This document shows, piece after piece, positions 27,418-37,385 of a stretch of DNA of 51,148 bases (position 1 is the stretch's first letter; every line of letters starts with the position of its first letter). Where the stretch lies: contig CAUZJQ010000002.1 in the NCBI GenBank assembly GCA_963580095.1, forward strand, positions 1-51,148. The letters are read 5' to 3'. A model generated the notes under the pieces. It was not told where the DNA came from, did no database searches, and saw nothing but the letters and a program-made list of their open reading frames with translations. Made by a program: the position numbers and the translations under genes. This stretch comes from Lentisphaeria bacterium. Lineage in GTDB: Bacteria; Verrucomicrobiota; Lentisphaeria; JABSQK01; CAJWLW01.

Positions 27418-27873
27418 TTAACCGAGTGACTGCTTGACGAGATCCGCCAGAGCCCGATTGTCTGCATCCTTCCCGGTGGCGGCAACGAGGTCACGGACGG
27501 CCTTCATTACCTTGCCCATCTCTTTCATTGACGAGGCACCAGCGGATTCAACCGCCTGGGCGACCAAAGCTGCGAGTTCATCCGGGGTCAGTGACTCGGG
27601 CAGTAGTACTTGGAGGATTTTGATCTGCGTCTCCTCCGCCTCAACGAGATCTTCGCGCTCACCTTTGCGGAACATTTCAATAGAGTCCTGGCGCTGTTTG
27701 ACCAGGCGCTTGACCATGGCGATGACATCGTCGTCGGACGGAGACTTGTTGTCGCCGCTCTTCTCGAATTTTATGATTTCACCGCGCACCGCACGCAGGG
27801 CATTCAGCGCCTGTACGTCCCGAGCACGCATGGCATCTTTGATGTCTTCATTGATCTGATCAGAAAGTGACAT
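27418..27873 (-). CDS. GatB/YqeY domain protein
   Basis: The sequence MSLSDQINEDIKDAMRARDVQALNALRAVRGEI, continuing to MGKVMKAV, is collinear with the YqeY family. Confidence 0.9.
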   Translation of the reverse strand: MSLSDQINEDIKDAMRARDVQALNALRAVRGEIIKFEKSGDNKSPSDDDVIAMVKRLVKQRQDSIEMFRKGEREDLVEAEETQIKILQVLLPESLTPDELAALVAQAVESAGASSMKEMGKVMKAVRDLVAATGKDADNRALADLVKQSLG

Positions 27874-28156
27874 GTGGAATTATGGATTTTGGAGTGTGGG
27901 TTGAAAGAGAAAACATCTGGCAGGCGGATTCAAGACGGAAAATGAATTGCCTCCGTTGCTCATAATAGGCGGAATTCTGAAAAAATCACCCATTATTTGT
28001 CAACTTTTGCATGGATTAGGTCTCTAACATAATGAGATTGCGATGTCCTGGAATCTACAACTCATTAACTGCAAGGATGTTAAAGAAACCTGAGATTGAT
28101 TGGAGGCATGGTCAATTCAGCAACTGGGCCCACGGCCCATTCGGAGAGAGAGGAAA

Positions 28157-28321
28157 ATGAAAAAAACAACACATACCGGCCTCCTGCAACTCTGCGGCAG
28201 CGAGCAGCTGCTTCTGCTCAGCGTTTTCGGCAGTACCGAGCTGCGCGAGGCGATAGATCGGGAGCTGCACAGCCGCGCGAATGCTGATACGGTCGAACTG
28301 CACTGGAACGCATCGCCGTGA
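28157..28321 (+). CDS. Possible small ORF (54 aa), unknown
   Basis: A purine-rich AGAGAGGAAA lies directly upstream of the ATG. The product is MKKTTHTGLLQLCGSEQLLLLSVFGSTELREAIDRELHSRANADTVELHWNASP. A strong hairpin follows. There is no homology support. Confidence 0.25.
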   Translation: MKKTTHTGLLQLCGSEQLLLLSVFGSTELREAIDRELHSRANADTVELHWNASP

Positions 28322-28326
28322 CTTCC

Positions 28327-28371
28327 GGGCTGTCCCGATGGATAGACCATATCCGACACGGGAAACAGCCC
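28327..28371. terminator. Strong imperfect hairpin (GGGCTGTCCCG ... CGGG-AA-ACAGCCC) between convergent genes, without a U-tract
   Basis: Read directly from the sequence: 11 bp with a 2-nt bulge plus an inner GGAT/ATCC pairing. It lies between the small ORF end (28321) and the fucI stop (28460). Confidence 0.35.
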
Positions 28372-28459
28372 AGGAAATCAAAGTTGTATGCGCCTGAGCA
28401 GCCAAGGAAAAACGGAATTCTGCACCCGTTCAATTCGTCAGCTTCGGATCACAAACAGT

Positions 28460-30247
28460 TCAACCGTACAGCGGACCGAAGTTGGCGCAGGCGCGGAAAT
28501 CAGCGCCTTCGAGATCGGCCGTCCCAAAGCAGTTCCAGGCGGACGGGCGAAAGACTTCTTCCTCCGCGACGTTGTGCATGTAGACCGGGATGCGTAGAAT
28601 CGACGCGAGACTGATGAGCTCGGCGCCGACATGGCCGTAGCTGAAGGCACCGTGATTCGAGCCCCAGGCATTCATGACGGAGTAAACATCGCGAAAAACA
28701 CCGTTGCCCGTGGTGCGCGGCACAAACCAAGTGGTCGGCCAAGTCGGATTGGTACGCTGATCAAGGGCATCGTGCACGTCATCCGCTAATGACACGGTGA
28801 CGCCTTCGGCGATCTGCAGAACCGGCCCCTGGCCACGCACCAGGTTGATCCGGCATAGGGTCACCGGCATACCGCCGCGTGTCCGGAAGCGTGTCGACCA
28901 GCCGCCACCCGGGAAATACTCGGTCATCGACGGATGCCAGGTTGTGGCCTCGAGACATTTCGTGACTTCATTGTCGGTGATTTCCCAGAACGGCTTCATC
29001 GCGGGTTGGCCGTCGATTGTTTGTGCACCCGTGCCGTCCAATGCAGCCGGTCCAGAATTGATCAGATGCAGGACGCCGCCGGCAGCATCGCCATCAAGCG
29101 TGTAGCCGGTGACACGTTTGACAGCATCCGGGCTCCAGTACGTGCGAACGTCCGCAAAGATCTGGGCGGCGTTGGTGATCAGGTGACCGAAAAGCATGGC
29201 AATGCCGTTGAGCGTGTCGTTCTCGGTCGCGATCATGAAAGGTGGGCGCTTGCCATTCCAATCGAACGAGGTCGTCAACATGGCCTCGAGGAAATCGCCG
29301 TTCGGCATGTGATCGGTCCATTGCCGTTGTCCCTGGAAGCCGCCAGCGATGGCGTTGTGACCGTGGGCTTCCTCGCCGAATCCGAGGCCGGCCAACTTCC
29401 GGTTGCCAACCATGAGGTCACGGGCAATCAGCGCGCACTTGACGGAAACTTCCCATTCTCGATCGAGATGCTTACGGCTGCGTTTCTTTTCTTCCGTGTT
29501 GTAATCGCTGCCTTCAGGGCAGTTGGCCTTGACCCATCGCATCGCTTTTCGGTACTCTGCCGGGTCGTAAATACCTCGCTCGATACGGCGAATGAACTCG
29601 ATCATGTCAATGGCTTCGACCCGCATACCGAGATAGGACTCGAACAACTCGTGATCGGCGTACGACCCCATGATCCCCATCGAGATGTTACCCATGCCGA
29701 GATAAGACTTGCCGCGCATCGTGGCGACAGCGATACCGGCACGCGCAAAGCGCAGCAGCTTGACCTGGACGTCATCGGGGATCGACTTGTCATCGGCATC
29801 CTGCACGTCGCGCCCGTATATTGTGAACGCCGGCACCCCCTTCTGGTTATGCGCCGCCTGCACGGCTGCAAGATAGACGGCGCCCGGGCGTTCCGTCCCA
29901 TTGAATCCCCAGATCGCTTTCGGGATCAAAGGATCCATGTCCATGGTCTCGGAGCCATAGCACCAGCAAGGCGTCACGGTAAGCGATACCCCGACACCTT
30001 CCCTAGCAAACTTCTCGGCACAGTTCGCAGTCTCCGCAACACTGCCAATACAGGTGTCGGCGATGACGCATTGAACTCGGGTGCCATTGTAATACTTGAG
30101 GTGACTGGAGAGAAACTTGGCAACGGTCCTGGCCATGCCCATGGTTTGCTTCTCGAGCGACTCACGCACACCACCGAGACGACCGTCGATCGTCGGGCGG
30201 ATCCCAATCTTTGGAAGTTCACCGATGTAACGATTTTTCGAAGGCAT
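28460..30247 (-). CDS. fucI: L-fucose isomerase
   Basis: The sequence is collinear with E. coli FucI end to end. Matching segments include [78 protein letters not shown] and [10 protein letters not shown]. Confidence 0.97.
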   Translation of the reverse strand: MPSKNRYIGELPKIGIRPTIDGRLGGVRESLEKQTMGMARTVAKFLSSHLKYYNGTRVQCVIADTCIGSVAETANCAEKFAREGVGVSLTVTPCWCYGSETMDMDPLIPKAIWGFNGTERPGAVYLAAVQAAHNQKGVPAFTIYGRDVQDADDKSIPDDVQVKLLRFARAGIAVATMRGKSYLGMGNISMGIMGSYADHELFESYLGMRVEAIDMIEFIRRIERGIYDPAEYRKAMRWVKANCPEGSDYNTEEKKRSRKHLDREWEVSVKCALIARDLMVGNRKLAGLGFGEEAHGHNAIAGGFQGQRQWTDHMPNGDFLEAMLTTSFDWNGKRPPFMIATENDTLNGIAMLFGHLITNAAQIFADVRTYWSPDAVKRVTGYTLDGDAAGGVLHLINSGPAALDGTGAQTIDGQPAMKPFWEITDNEVTKCLEATTWHPSMTEYFPGGGWSTRFRTRGGMPVTLCRINLVRGQGPVLQIAEGVTVSLADDVHDALDQRTNPTWPTTWFVPRTTGNGVFRDVYSVMNAWGSNHGAFSYGHVGAELISLASILRIPVYMHNVAEEEVFRPSAWNCFGTADLEGADFRACANFGPLYG

Positions 30248-30415
30248 GTCAGACCCCGGTCGGGTTTCAGGTTTCAGGTGATATCGTCGTCATCTCACGC
30301 TTCATCGCGCCTTTTCATCGTGCATCACCCCGCAGTGAAAATCTATTGAGAAGAGCAATAAAGTGTGAGGCCAAGGTTGTCGGTCAGCAGAAGCGATTAT
30401 GAGTGAGACGCAGAC

Positions 30416-31891
30416 TCACCCGATATTTTTTTTGAGCACCTCGAACGGTGCCTCCCAGGGTGCCGGATTCTTCGGTTCGAATTCGGCGGTTTCGAAGGAA
30501 TTGCCAACTAGCGCCTTGCCCTCGTCCAACGAGTTCAGGTCACCGCCGGCAATCATCTGCATCAGAAAGTTGCCGACGGATGTCGCTTCCACGGGACCGG
30601 CAATCACGGGCCGGTTGATAGCATCGGCGACCATCTGATTCAAAAGTTTGTTCCGGGTGCCGCCACCGACAATGTGGAGGACTTCGACCGGGCCGCCGCG
30701 CAGATCTTCGAGGCGCTCGAGAACCAGCCGGTATTTCAACGCCATACTTTCGAAGGCGGTACGCAGGATTTCGCCACGCGTCTCCGGCACCTGCTGCCCG
30801 GTATCGCGGCAGTAGTCCTGAATTTTTCCCGGCATGTTGCCAGGCGTGCTGAAGGCCGGATAGTCTGGATCAATGACAGCGACATGCGGATCCGCGGCTT
30901 TCGCCATCCCGGTTATTTCTGCGTAGTCGTAGTTGTCACCTTCACCGGCAAAGGTGCGGCGACACTCCTGCACGATCCACATGCCGGTGATATTACCGAG
31001 CACGCGAATGGTGTTGCAGATGCCGCCTTCGTTCGTGAGGTTGTAACGTTGGCTCTGGTCATTGATGATCGGCACCGCCGTCTCGATACCGAGCAGCGCC
31101 CAAGTTCCAGAACTCACATAGGCATACTCGTTGCCCACCGCCGGTACACCGGCAACCGCAGAAGCGGTGTCATGGCTGCCCACGGTGACGACATTCAACT
31201 TCGCCTGGATCTCCGTTTCAATGGCCGCGGTGAGCGGGCCCAGCGTCGTGCCGGGCGCCGTCGGCTCCAGAAAAATATCCGGTGGTATGCCCAGCCGTGT
31301 GAGAATCTCATCATTCCATTGGCCAGTACGCATGTCCATGCAACCGCTGGTGCTGGCGATCGTGAACTCGTTCGCGGTCACGCCGCTGAGCCAGTAGTTC
31401 ATCAGGTCGGGCATGAACAGCAACTGGTCGGCGATCTCCAGTCGTTGCGGCGTTTCCTGGGTCTCGGCAAAGAGCTGGAAGACGGTATTGAGAAACATGA
31501 TCTGTATCCCGGTCCCGGCATAGAGTTCGTCCATCGACAGGCGCTCGCCACATGCTTCCATGACCCGGTCAACACGTGGGTCGCGGTAGCAATGGGGCAT
31601 ACTAATGAGTTGCCCAGTGCGGTCAAGGAGTCCATAATCGACCCCCCAGGTATCGACCCCGACGCTGCACAACGCATCACCGAACTGCGCCACCGCCTGG
31701 GCCAGACCGGTCTTGATTTCACTGAACAAACGAACAGGGTCCCAGTAAATGCTGCCGAGGATATTCGTGCCGCCGTTCGGAAACCGATGGATCTCCTCCA
31801 AAGTCATTCGGGAACCGTCATATCTACCAACCACAACACGACCGCTCTCAGCGCCCAAATCGACGGCGGCGTAACATTTGCTTTTGCCCAT
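30416..31891 (-). CDS. FGGY-family sugar kinase, rhamnulokinase-like (may act as L-fuculokinase)
   Basis: RhaB-like motifs are present: AVDLGAESGRVVVG, EIHRFPNG, GVDTWGVDYGLLD, SHDTASAV, SSGTWALLGIE, TNEGG, HIVGGGTRNKLLNQ and AGPVEATSVGN. The ATG at 31891 has GAGGAG 4 nt upstream. Confidence 0.9.
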   Translation of the reverse strand: MGKSKCYAAVDLGAESGRVVVGRYDGSRMTLEEIHRFPNGGTNILGSIYWDPVRLFSEIKTGLAQAVAQFGDALCSVGVDTWGVDYGLLDRTGQLISMPHCYRDPRVDRVMEACGERLSMDELYAGTGIQIMFLNTVFQLFAETQETPQRLEIADQLLFMPDLMNYWLSGVTANEFTIASTSGCMDMRTGQWNDEILTRLGIPPDIFLEPTAPGTTLGPLTAAIETEIQAKLNVVTVGSHDTASAVAGVPAVGNEYAYVSSGTWALLGIETAVPIINDQSQRYNLTNEGGICNTIRVLGNITGMWIVQECRRTFAGEGDNYDYAEITGMAKAADPHVAVIDPDYPAFSTPGNMPGKIQDYCRDTGQQVPETRGEILRTAFESMALKYRLVLERLEDLRGGPVEVLHIVGGGTRNKLLNQMVADAINRPVIAGPVEATSVGNFLMQMIAGGDLNSLDEGKALVGNSFETAEFEPKNPAPWEAPFEVLKKNIG

Positions 31892-32262
31892 GCAACTCCT
31901 CATTCGGCTGCCGACATAGCGCCGTAGAGATTTCCTACTGATTACACACGGACGGGAAGATCGTATTTCATCCAACCGAAGTCAAATAGTGCAGGGGATG
32001 AACAATCGACAACTACACTTTTTTTGCGGTGTATGAAGGTTTTTTTTATCAACATATAATATTCACAATATCCTGTAATTAAATTATTTACACATCAAAA
32101 CTTCGGTTGAACCATGAGTCTTATCCTAAAATTTATGAAACCTTCTCCGCACCCATCGCATCGAAAGAAATGCTTAGCTTGTGGATTGCTTGTGCCAGAT
32201 GTTAGCACACAAAAGATGTGATGGGGGACGGGGTATAAGATAACCCGACGCGAGGTGGGATA

Positions 32263-33603
32263 ATGAAAGACGGCGCTCGACACCGATTAATGGCAGTGGG
32301 GCAGGCCTGTGTGCTGGGTTTCGGTCTGATCCTGATGTCCGGCTGCAGCACCACCGAGCAGGCACGGCTCACACTGATCGAAAAGCCGAGGAAGAAAAAC
32401 GCTGTCACGGCTCGCATGACCAGACGCACCCGACGCTCGCCGCAACTCCCCGACCGCAGTATCGGCAACGTATTGGCTGATCCACAGCCGCATGTTAATC
32501 GACAGATAGCTATCTCGGGTCTCGTCCGTGACGCTCAGATCAAACCCGTGTCACACGATCGGACGCTGCTGTCCCTGCATGTAAAAGATACCGATACCAA
32601 CACACCAGAGATTTCTGCCTCACCGTATCCTGGCCAGGCTGCCGTAACTGATCCCCTCGGACAAGGCGCTACACTCCTTCGTCAGGCTTCCGAGAACGTC
32701 CGCGACGTCCCCTTCCAAGACCTTGAAGCCGACCCGATCGAGCAGATCTCCTATGACCTGCGGACAGCGGCCAGTCAAACGAAGGCGCTGTCGCTGTTTT
32801 ACCAGGCCGAGGGCATGCCTGAAATCGCCGCCGCCATCGATCAGATCGCCGTAGGCTACAGGCAAGTCGGCGAAGCCTATGGGACGATCGCAATGGTCGC
32901 CCGCTACATTGCTGACCCCACCGCCACGGATGGCGGCCGAGACGTCGGCGACAATGCCCGGGTGGTCGTCGATGTACAGCCGGCGGAAAGATTTCAAACG
33001 TACATCCTGATGGCTGCCCAGGAACTATTGAAAGCAGTGGATTTTCTCATCGCGAATCGTGACGGGATCGACCGCAGCAGCTTTCGATTCGATCACGGCA
33101 AACTGACCAGCCAGATCGGCTTGGCGCTGCACTCCGTGGGGTATGTACTCGAAGCCGAAGCCTGGCAGTACCGAAAACTTCACGAGCCGGGCCTCGAACG
33201 CGACTTTCGGGAGATGAGCCAGGTATTTGTCAATCTTGGCGAAGGAATCGCGTCGATAAACGGTGGGTTCCGGGCCCTCGGCGAACAACTCGACATTCAG
33301 TTCCCGCGCATCGTCTTCGACAGTCGGGGCCTCACCATGCTGCGCTGCGCCTATGTCGGCTACAACAAGGCGGTTCTCGAAGACTGCCGAGCGAAACTCG
33401 CACAGCTCGACGGGAACGAACCGATCACGGTCCATGGTCGCCTCATACATGGCAACCTGCTCGAGGAAATGAACCTGCTGTGGGTCAAGATGGAGTCGGT
33501 CACTCTCGATGGACTGACGATCAATCTCGCATACGACGACGGTACGAATTCGATACACAACATGGCAGCCTTCTATGACTGGACCAAAACCATTGAGGAA
33601 TGA
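32263..33603 (+). CDS. Hypothetical lipoprotein (446 aa)
   Basis: GAGGTGGG lies upstream of the ATG. The lipobox is GFGLILMSGC. I recognise no family. Confidence 0.7.
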   Translation: MKDGARHRLMAVGQACVLGFGLILMSGCSTTEQARLTLIEKPRKKNAVTARMTRRTRRSPQLPDRSIGNVLADPQPHVNRQIAISGLVRDAQIKPVSHDRTLLSLHVKDTDTNTPEISASPYPGQAAVTDPLGQGATLLRQASENVRDVPFQDLEADPIEQISYDLRTAASQTKALSLFYQAEGMPEIAAAIDQIAVGYRQVGEAYGTIAMVARYIADPTATDGGRDVGDNARVVVDVQPAERFQTYILMAAQELLKAVDFLIANRDGIDRSSFRFDHGKLTSQIGLALHSVGYVLEAEAWQYRKLHEPGLERDFREMSQVFVNLGEGIASINGGFRALGEQLDIQFPRIVFDSRGLTMLRCAYVGYNKAVLEDCRAKLAQLDGNEPITVHGRLIHGNLLEEMNLLWVKMESVTLDGLTINLAYDDGTNSIHNMAAFYDWTKTIEE

Positions 33604-33604
33604 C

Positions 33605-34225
33605 ATGAAACTACCGGCACGAAAATCAAACAGCATGCTGGCACTTCCAGCGCTCATGGCTTTGGTCCTGGTCGGATGCACGTCTACCAAAAGAGCGACG
33701 ACAACGACGAGAGCAGACGGGTACGTGCCGACGTCCATCGAGCAACTGCGCAGCGACACCGAAGCATTCCGTGACCAGCGTGTCGTGCTCGAAGCATACA
33801 TCCTCGGCATGGAGTACGGCACCAATACCGACGACGCCGATCAGTGGATCATGGTGCTCGGCCTGGAGCCGCAGCTCGACGATTCGATCGCCGGGCAGCT
33901 CATCTTCCCAAAGATTGAAGCCAAGGTGCGCGTTGCCGAGGACGGCTACAACCGGGAAATCCTGCGTCGCTGCTTCCAGATTTGTTCCGAAAGCCGACGC
34001 AAAGGCGGCGAGGTGACAATTTACGGTCGCTATCAACCGGAGGAGGACTATGCCCAGTACCACTCCGGCGTCGACATCCTGCTCGACAAGATCGCCGTCG
34101 GCGAAACCGTCATCAATACGGACTTCAACGACCACAGCGTATTCACGGAAAAAACGCCGGGAATGGTCAAGAAGACGTACCAGGGCGTCAGGAAAATTAC
34201 TGATCTAGCCGGGACTGTGCTGTAG
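33605..34225 (+). CDS. Hypothetical lipoprotein (206 aa), C-terminally related to the upstream gene product
   Basis: The ATG lies 1 nt after the upstream stop. The lipobox is LMALVLVGC. The C-terminal block resembles that of the 446-aa neighbour. Confidence 0.7.
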   Translation: MKLPARKSNSMLALPALMALVLVGCTSTKRATTTTRADGYVPTSIEQLRSDTEAFRDQRVVLEAYILGMEYGTNTDDADQWIMVLGLEPQLDDSIAGQLIFPKIEAKVRVAEDGYNREILRRCFQICSESRRKGGEVTIYGRYQPEEDYAQYHSGVDILLDKIAVGETVINTDFNDHSVFTEKTPGMVKKTYQGVRKITDLAGTVL

Positions 34226-34348
34226 CCTACTTTCTCGGCATATCCAAAAACATTGCAGAAAAAACAGAAATTTGTCAAGAGTTTCCACTCCGCTTTGCAG
34301 TAACTGTAAATGAATACCGACGAACGGAAAAAAAGAATCACCTGTTCC

Positions 34349-34378
34349 TTGACTTTCTGGGCTATTTGCCTGTATCAT
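34349..34378 (+). promoter_or_regulatory. Candidate sigma70 promoter TTGACT-18 nt-TATCAT
   Basis: Read directly from the sequence. It sits in an AT-rich spacer upstream of a small ORF. Confidence 0.4.
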
Positions 34379-34451
34379 AGATGAGATGTGGCGAACATGG
34401 CAGACTGAACAATATCAGCGCTTGCCAACGCCCACGGGAATTGAATCAGCT

Positions 34452-34613
34452 ATGAACATTCTGGAAAAAATCAAGGCCCTTCACGATCGCGTCTTCGATG
34501 CAGCAATCGATGGAGCCCGCAAGTTGATAGGCAAGGCAGGCGACAAGCCGGTAACACTTCCCGTCCGTGTCGCCCCGTCCGACAAACGACCGCCGACGGA
34601 CTGCCGCCGTTAA
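34452..34613 (+). CDS. Possible small protein (53 aa)
   Basis: The product is MNILEKIKALHDRVFDAAIDGARKLIGKAGDKPVTLPVRVAPSDKRPPTDCRR. It is bracketed by a promoter-like element and terminator-like hairpins. There is no homology support. Confidence 0.3.
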   Translation: MNILEKIKALHDRVFDAAIDGARKLIGKAGDKPVTLPVRVAPSDKRPPTDCRR

Positions 34614-34622
34614 ACTCGTTCC

Positions 34623-34702
34623 GGTGCATCGCCAGATGCACCATGCAAGCCGGGCACTGGAACCAAAGCACGGCGGTCCAGCCCCCGCTTTTTTCTATTT
34701 TT
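34623..34702 (+). terminator. Two hairpins, the second followed by a T-rich run
   Basis: The first is a perfect 8-bp stem, GGTGCATC-GCCA-GATGCACC, at 34623-34642. The second pairs GGGCACTGGA with TCCAGCCC and is followed by CGCTTTTTTCTATTTTT. Confidence 0.4.
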
Positions 34703-34889
34703 AAAATTCGGGAGTTTGATGGCCAGGATTTCTTTGCGCCATCGGCGATGGTGCCACGCCGTGCCTCGGGCATTTCTCGCCGCGACCCAACACAGACACC
34801 GAATTTTGCCGAGGGCACTTCGGCACCGTGCCGCAAAAGAGGGTCGCACGGGTTGCGGTTCCGGCGCCCGCGGCTATCCTGTACACCCT

Positions 34890-35762
34890 ATGTCAAAAGA
34901 TATCTTCTCGGAACTCTACCCGTTCGAATCCAACTTCTTTAAGCACGACGGACTGCGTCATCACTACCTCGACGAGGGCAGCGGCCCCGTGCTCCTGATG
35001 CTGCACGGCAACCCGACGTGGTCGTTCTACTACCGAGAACTCGTTTGCGGGCTCCGCAACCGCTTTCGCGTGATCGTCCCGGATCATATCGGCTGCGGAT
35101 TCTCCGATAAGCCGCAGCGCTATCCCTATCGACTGCAGACCCACATCAACAACGTCGAGGCGCTGCTCGAACACCTCGGCATTGAACAGTATAGCCTCGC
35201 CGTCCACGACTGGGGCGGGCCGATCGGTTTCGGCGTCGGGGTAGGCAAACCGGAGCGAGTCGAGCGTCTGATCATCTTCAACACGACTGCCTGCCTGACG
35301 CGCAGGTACCCGATCGGCATTCTGGCCTGCAAAGTTCCCTTGCTCGGCAGCATCGCCGTGCGCGGCTTGAATCTGTTCGCCAAGTGCGCCGTGTGGTTCG
35401 CCAGTTGCAACCCGGAGAAGATGACGAAGGATGTCGCTGCCGGCTTTCTCAAGCCCTACGACAGTTACGCCAATCGGGTAGCAACACTCGCCTTCGTCCG
35501 TGATATTCCGCTGAACGACAAGCACCCGTCGTGGCAGGCCGGAAAAACGGTCGAAGACAATATCCACAAACTGGCTGATAAACCCGTCATGATCTGCTGG
35601 GGCACCAAGGACTTCTGTTTCACCGACCTTTTCCTGAAAGACCTGCGACAGCGTTTTCCGGAAGCGCACGTGCACGAGTTCCGTGATGCCGGTCATTATG
35701 TCGTCGAGGACGCCGGCGACGAGATTCTGGAACTGGTCGGACGATTTCTCGACGGGCGTTGA
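34890..35762 (+). CDS. Alpha/beta hydrolase (haloalkane-dehalogenase-like subfamily)
   Basis: Contains HGNPTWSFYYR, the nucleophile-elbow context AVHDWGGPIG, and a C-terminal DAGHYVVEDAG. The ATG at 34890 (MSKDIF) is preferred over the long Arg-rich track extension. Confidence 0.9.
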   Translation: MSKDIFSELYPFESNFFKHDGLRHHYLDEGSGPVLLMLHGNPTWSFYYRELVCGLRNRFRVIVPDHIGCGFSDKPQRYPYRLQTHINNVEALLEHLGIEQYSLAVHDWGGPIGFGVGVGKPERVERLIIFNTTACLTRRYPIGILACKVPLLGSIAVRGLNLFAKCAVWFASCNPEKMTKDVAAGFLKPYDSYANRVATLAFVRDIPLNDKHPSWQAGKTVEDNIHKLADKPVMICWGTKDFCFTDLFLKDLRQRFPEAHVHEFRDAGHYVVEDAGDEILELVGRFLDGR

Positions 35763-35840
35763 ACTGTTCGACTCTCTCCGACATACACGCTATTGTACTG
35801 CCGCGCACAAAAACTGAACACTTAGCCTCATGAGGCAATT

Positions 35841-36407
35841 ATGTATAGCGCATCGGATCTGCGAAAAGGGTTAAAAATCGAAATCGACGGTGCCCCCTGG
35901 CAAATCACCGACTTTGATTTCTGCAAGCCGGGAAAGGGCCAGGCCCTATACCGCTGCAAGATGAAAAACATAATCAGCGGCAGCACTATGGACAAGACCT
36001 ACCGCGCCAATGACAAGATCGACAAGCCTTCTCTGGAGGAACGCGATTTCATCTTTTCGTACGCCGAAGGCAACACGTACATCTTCAGTGACAACGAAAC
36101 GTACGATGAAGTCCGACTGGACGGCGAGCTGCTCAGCAAGCAAAAATGGTTTCTGATCGAGAACATGGACTGCAAGATTCTCAACTTCAACGGGCAGGCT
36201 ATCGGCGTGACCCTGCCGAATTTTGTCGAGAAGAAAATCGCCGATACCGAACCTGGCGTCCGCGGAGACACCGCCACCAATGTGACCAAGGGCGCCAAGA
36301 TCGATAACGGTTATGAAATACAGGTGCCGCTTTTCATCAACGAAGGCGATACCATCAAGATCGACACGCGCACCGGCGAATATTCGGAACGTGTCAGAAA
36401 GAGCTGA
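35841..36407 (+). CDS. efp: Translation elongation factor P
   Basis: 188 aa. Contains the KPGKGQA loop, and the three-domain EF-P sequence is collinear throughout. Confidence 0.97.
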   Translation: MYSASDLRKGLKIEIDGAPWQITDFDFCKPGKGQALYRCKMKNIISGSTMDKTYRANDKIDKPSLEERDFIFSYAEGNTYIFSDNETYDEVRLDGELLSKQKWFLIENMDCKILNFNGQAIGVTLPNFVEKKIADTEPGVRGDTATNVTKGAKIDNGYEIQVPLFINEGDTIKIDTRTGEYSERVRKS

Positions 36408-36500
36408 CACTTGGCACAGCAAGGAGTGCGGGAGTTTGGGAACTCGGCATTCCCCATCACTGAGCTACTCCACGCCCCCGGCACACCATCATCCCGAGAG

Positions 36501-37385
36501 ATGCAGAGTTTGAGCACCTTGCAGCTGCGCAGCGACGTCCTGCGCCTGATTCGGACCTTCTTCGACGAGCGCGACTATCTCGAGGTTCAGACGCCGGTCA
36601 GCGTTGAAACCCCGACTCTCGAAGATTATATCGACGCCATCCCCGCCGATGATCAATGGCTGCGGACCTCGCCCGAGCTCCACATGAAAAGGCTGATCCA
36701 GGCCGGGCACCCGCGGGTCTTCCAGATCGGGCCGTGCTTCCGCGCCGGCGAGTACGGCACCCGGCATCGGCCTGAATTCACTATGCTCGAGTGGTACTGC
36801 GCAAATGCCGATTACCGCGACATCCTGCAGGAAACACAGGGACTGCTCCAGGCTATCGCCGCCGGCCTCGACCGCCCCAACCCCCTGCCCTGTCGTAATA
36901 AAACCATCGATCTTGGCACCTGCGAGATTTGCACCGTTCGTGAGACATTTGCGAAATTCGCAGATGCGGATGCCGCAACACTGAGCACCACCGAATTCAA
37001 TCGACTGCTGGTGGAAACTGTAGAGCCGCGGCTCGGTCGGAACTGTCCGTTTTACATGATCGACTATCCCGCCGCGATGGCAGCGCTGGCCCGAACGCCC
37101 CCGGCCGATCCAAGCATCGCCGAACGCTGGGAACTGTATATCGGCGGTCTTGAACTGGCCAACGCCTACAGCGAACTGGTCGATCCTGTCGAACAACGCC
37201 GACGCTTCGAGGCCTGTGCCGATCTACGTCGGAGCGACGGGCGCGAAGTATATCCGATCGACGAAAAATTTCTGGCAGCGCTTGAAGCCGGGATGCCGCC
37301 AACCGCCGGCTGCGCGTTGGGGATCGATCGACTGTTGATGGTGCTCGCGGATACCGATGATATTGCGGATGTATTATTCGAGTAG
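36501..37385 (+). CDS. epmA: EF-P lysine aminoacylase (GenX/PoxA-type truncated class II LysRS paralog)
   Basis: Class II aaRS motifs are present: LEVQTP, SPELHMKRL, FQIGPCFRAGE, HRPEFTMLEWY, ELANAYSEL and GCALGIDRL. It lies immediately downstream of efp. Confidence 0.9.
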   Translation: MQSLSTLQLRSDVLRLIRTFFDERDYLEVQTPVSVETPTLEDYIDAIPADDQWLRTSPELHMKRLIQAGHPRVFQIGPCFRAGEYGTRHRPEFTMLEWYCANADYRDILQETQGLLQAIAAGLDRPNPLPCRNKTIDLGTCEICTVRETFAKFADADAATLSTTEFNRLLVETVEPRLGRNCPFYMIDYPAAMAALARTPPADPSIAERWELYIGGLELANAYSELVDPVEQRRRFEACADLRRSDGREVYPIDEKFLAALEAGMPPTAGCALGIDRLLMVLADTDDIADVLFE

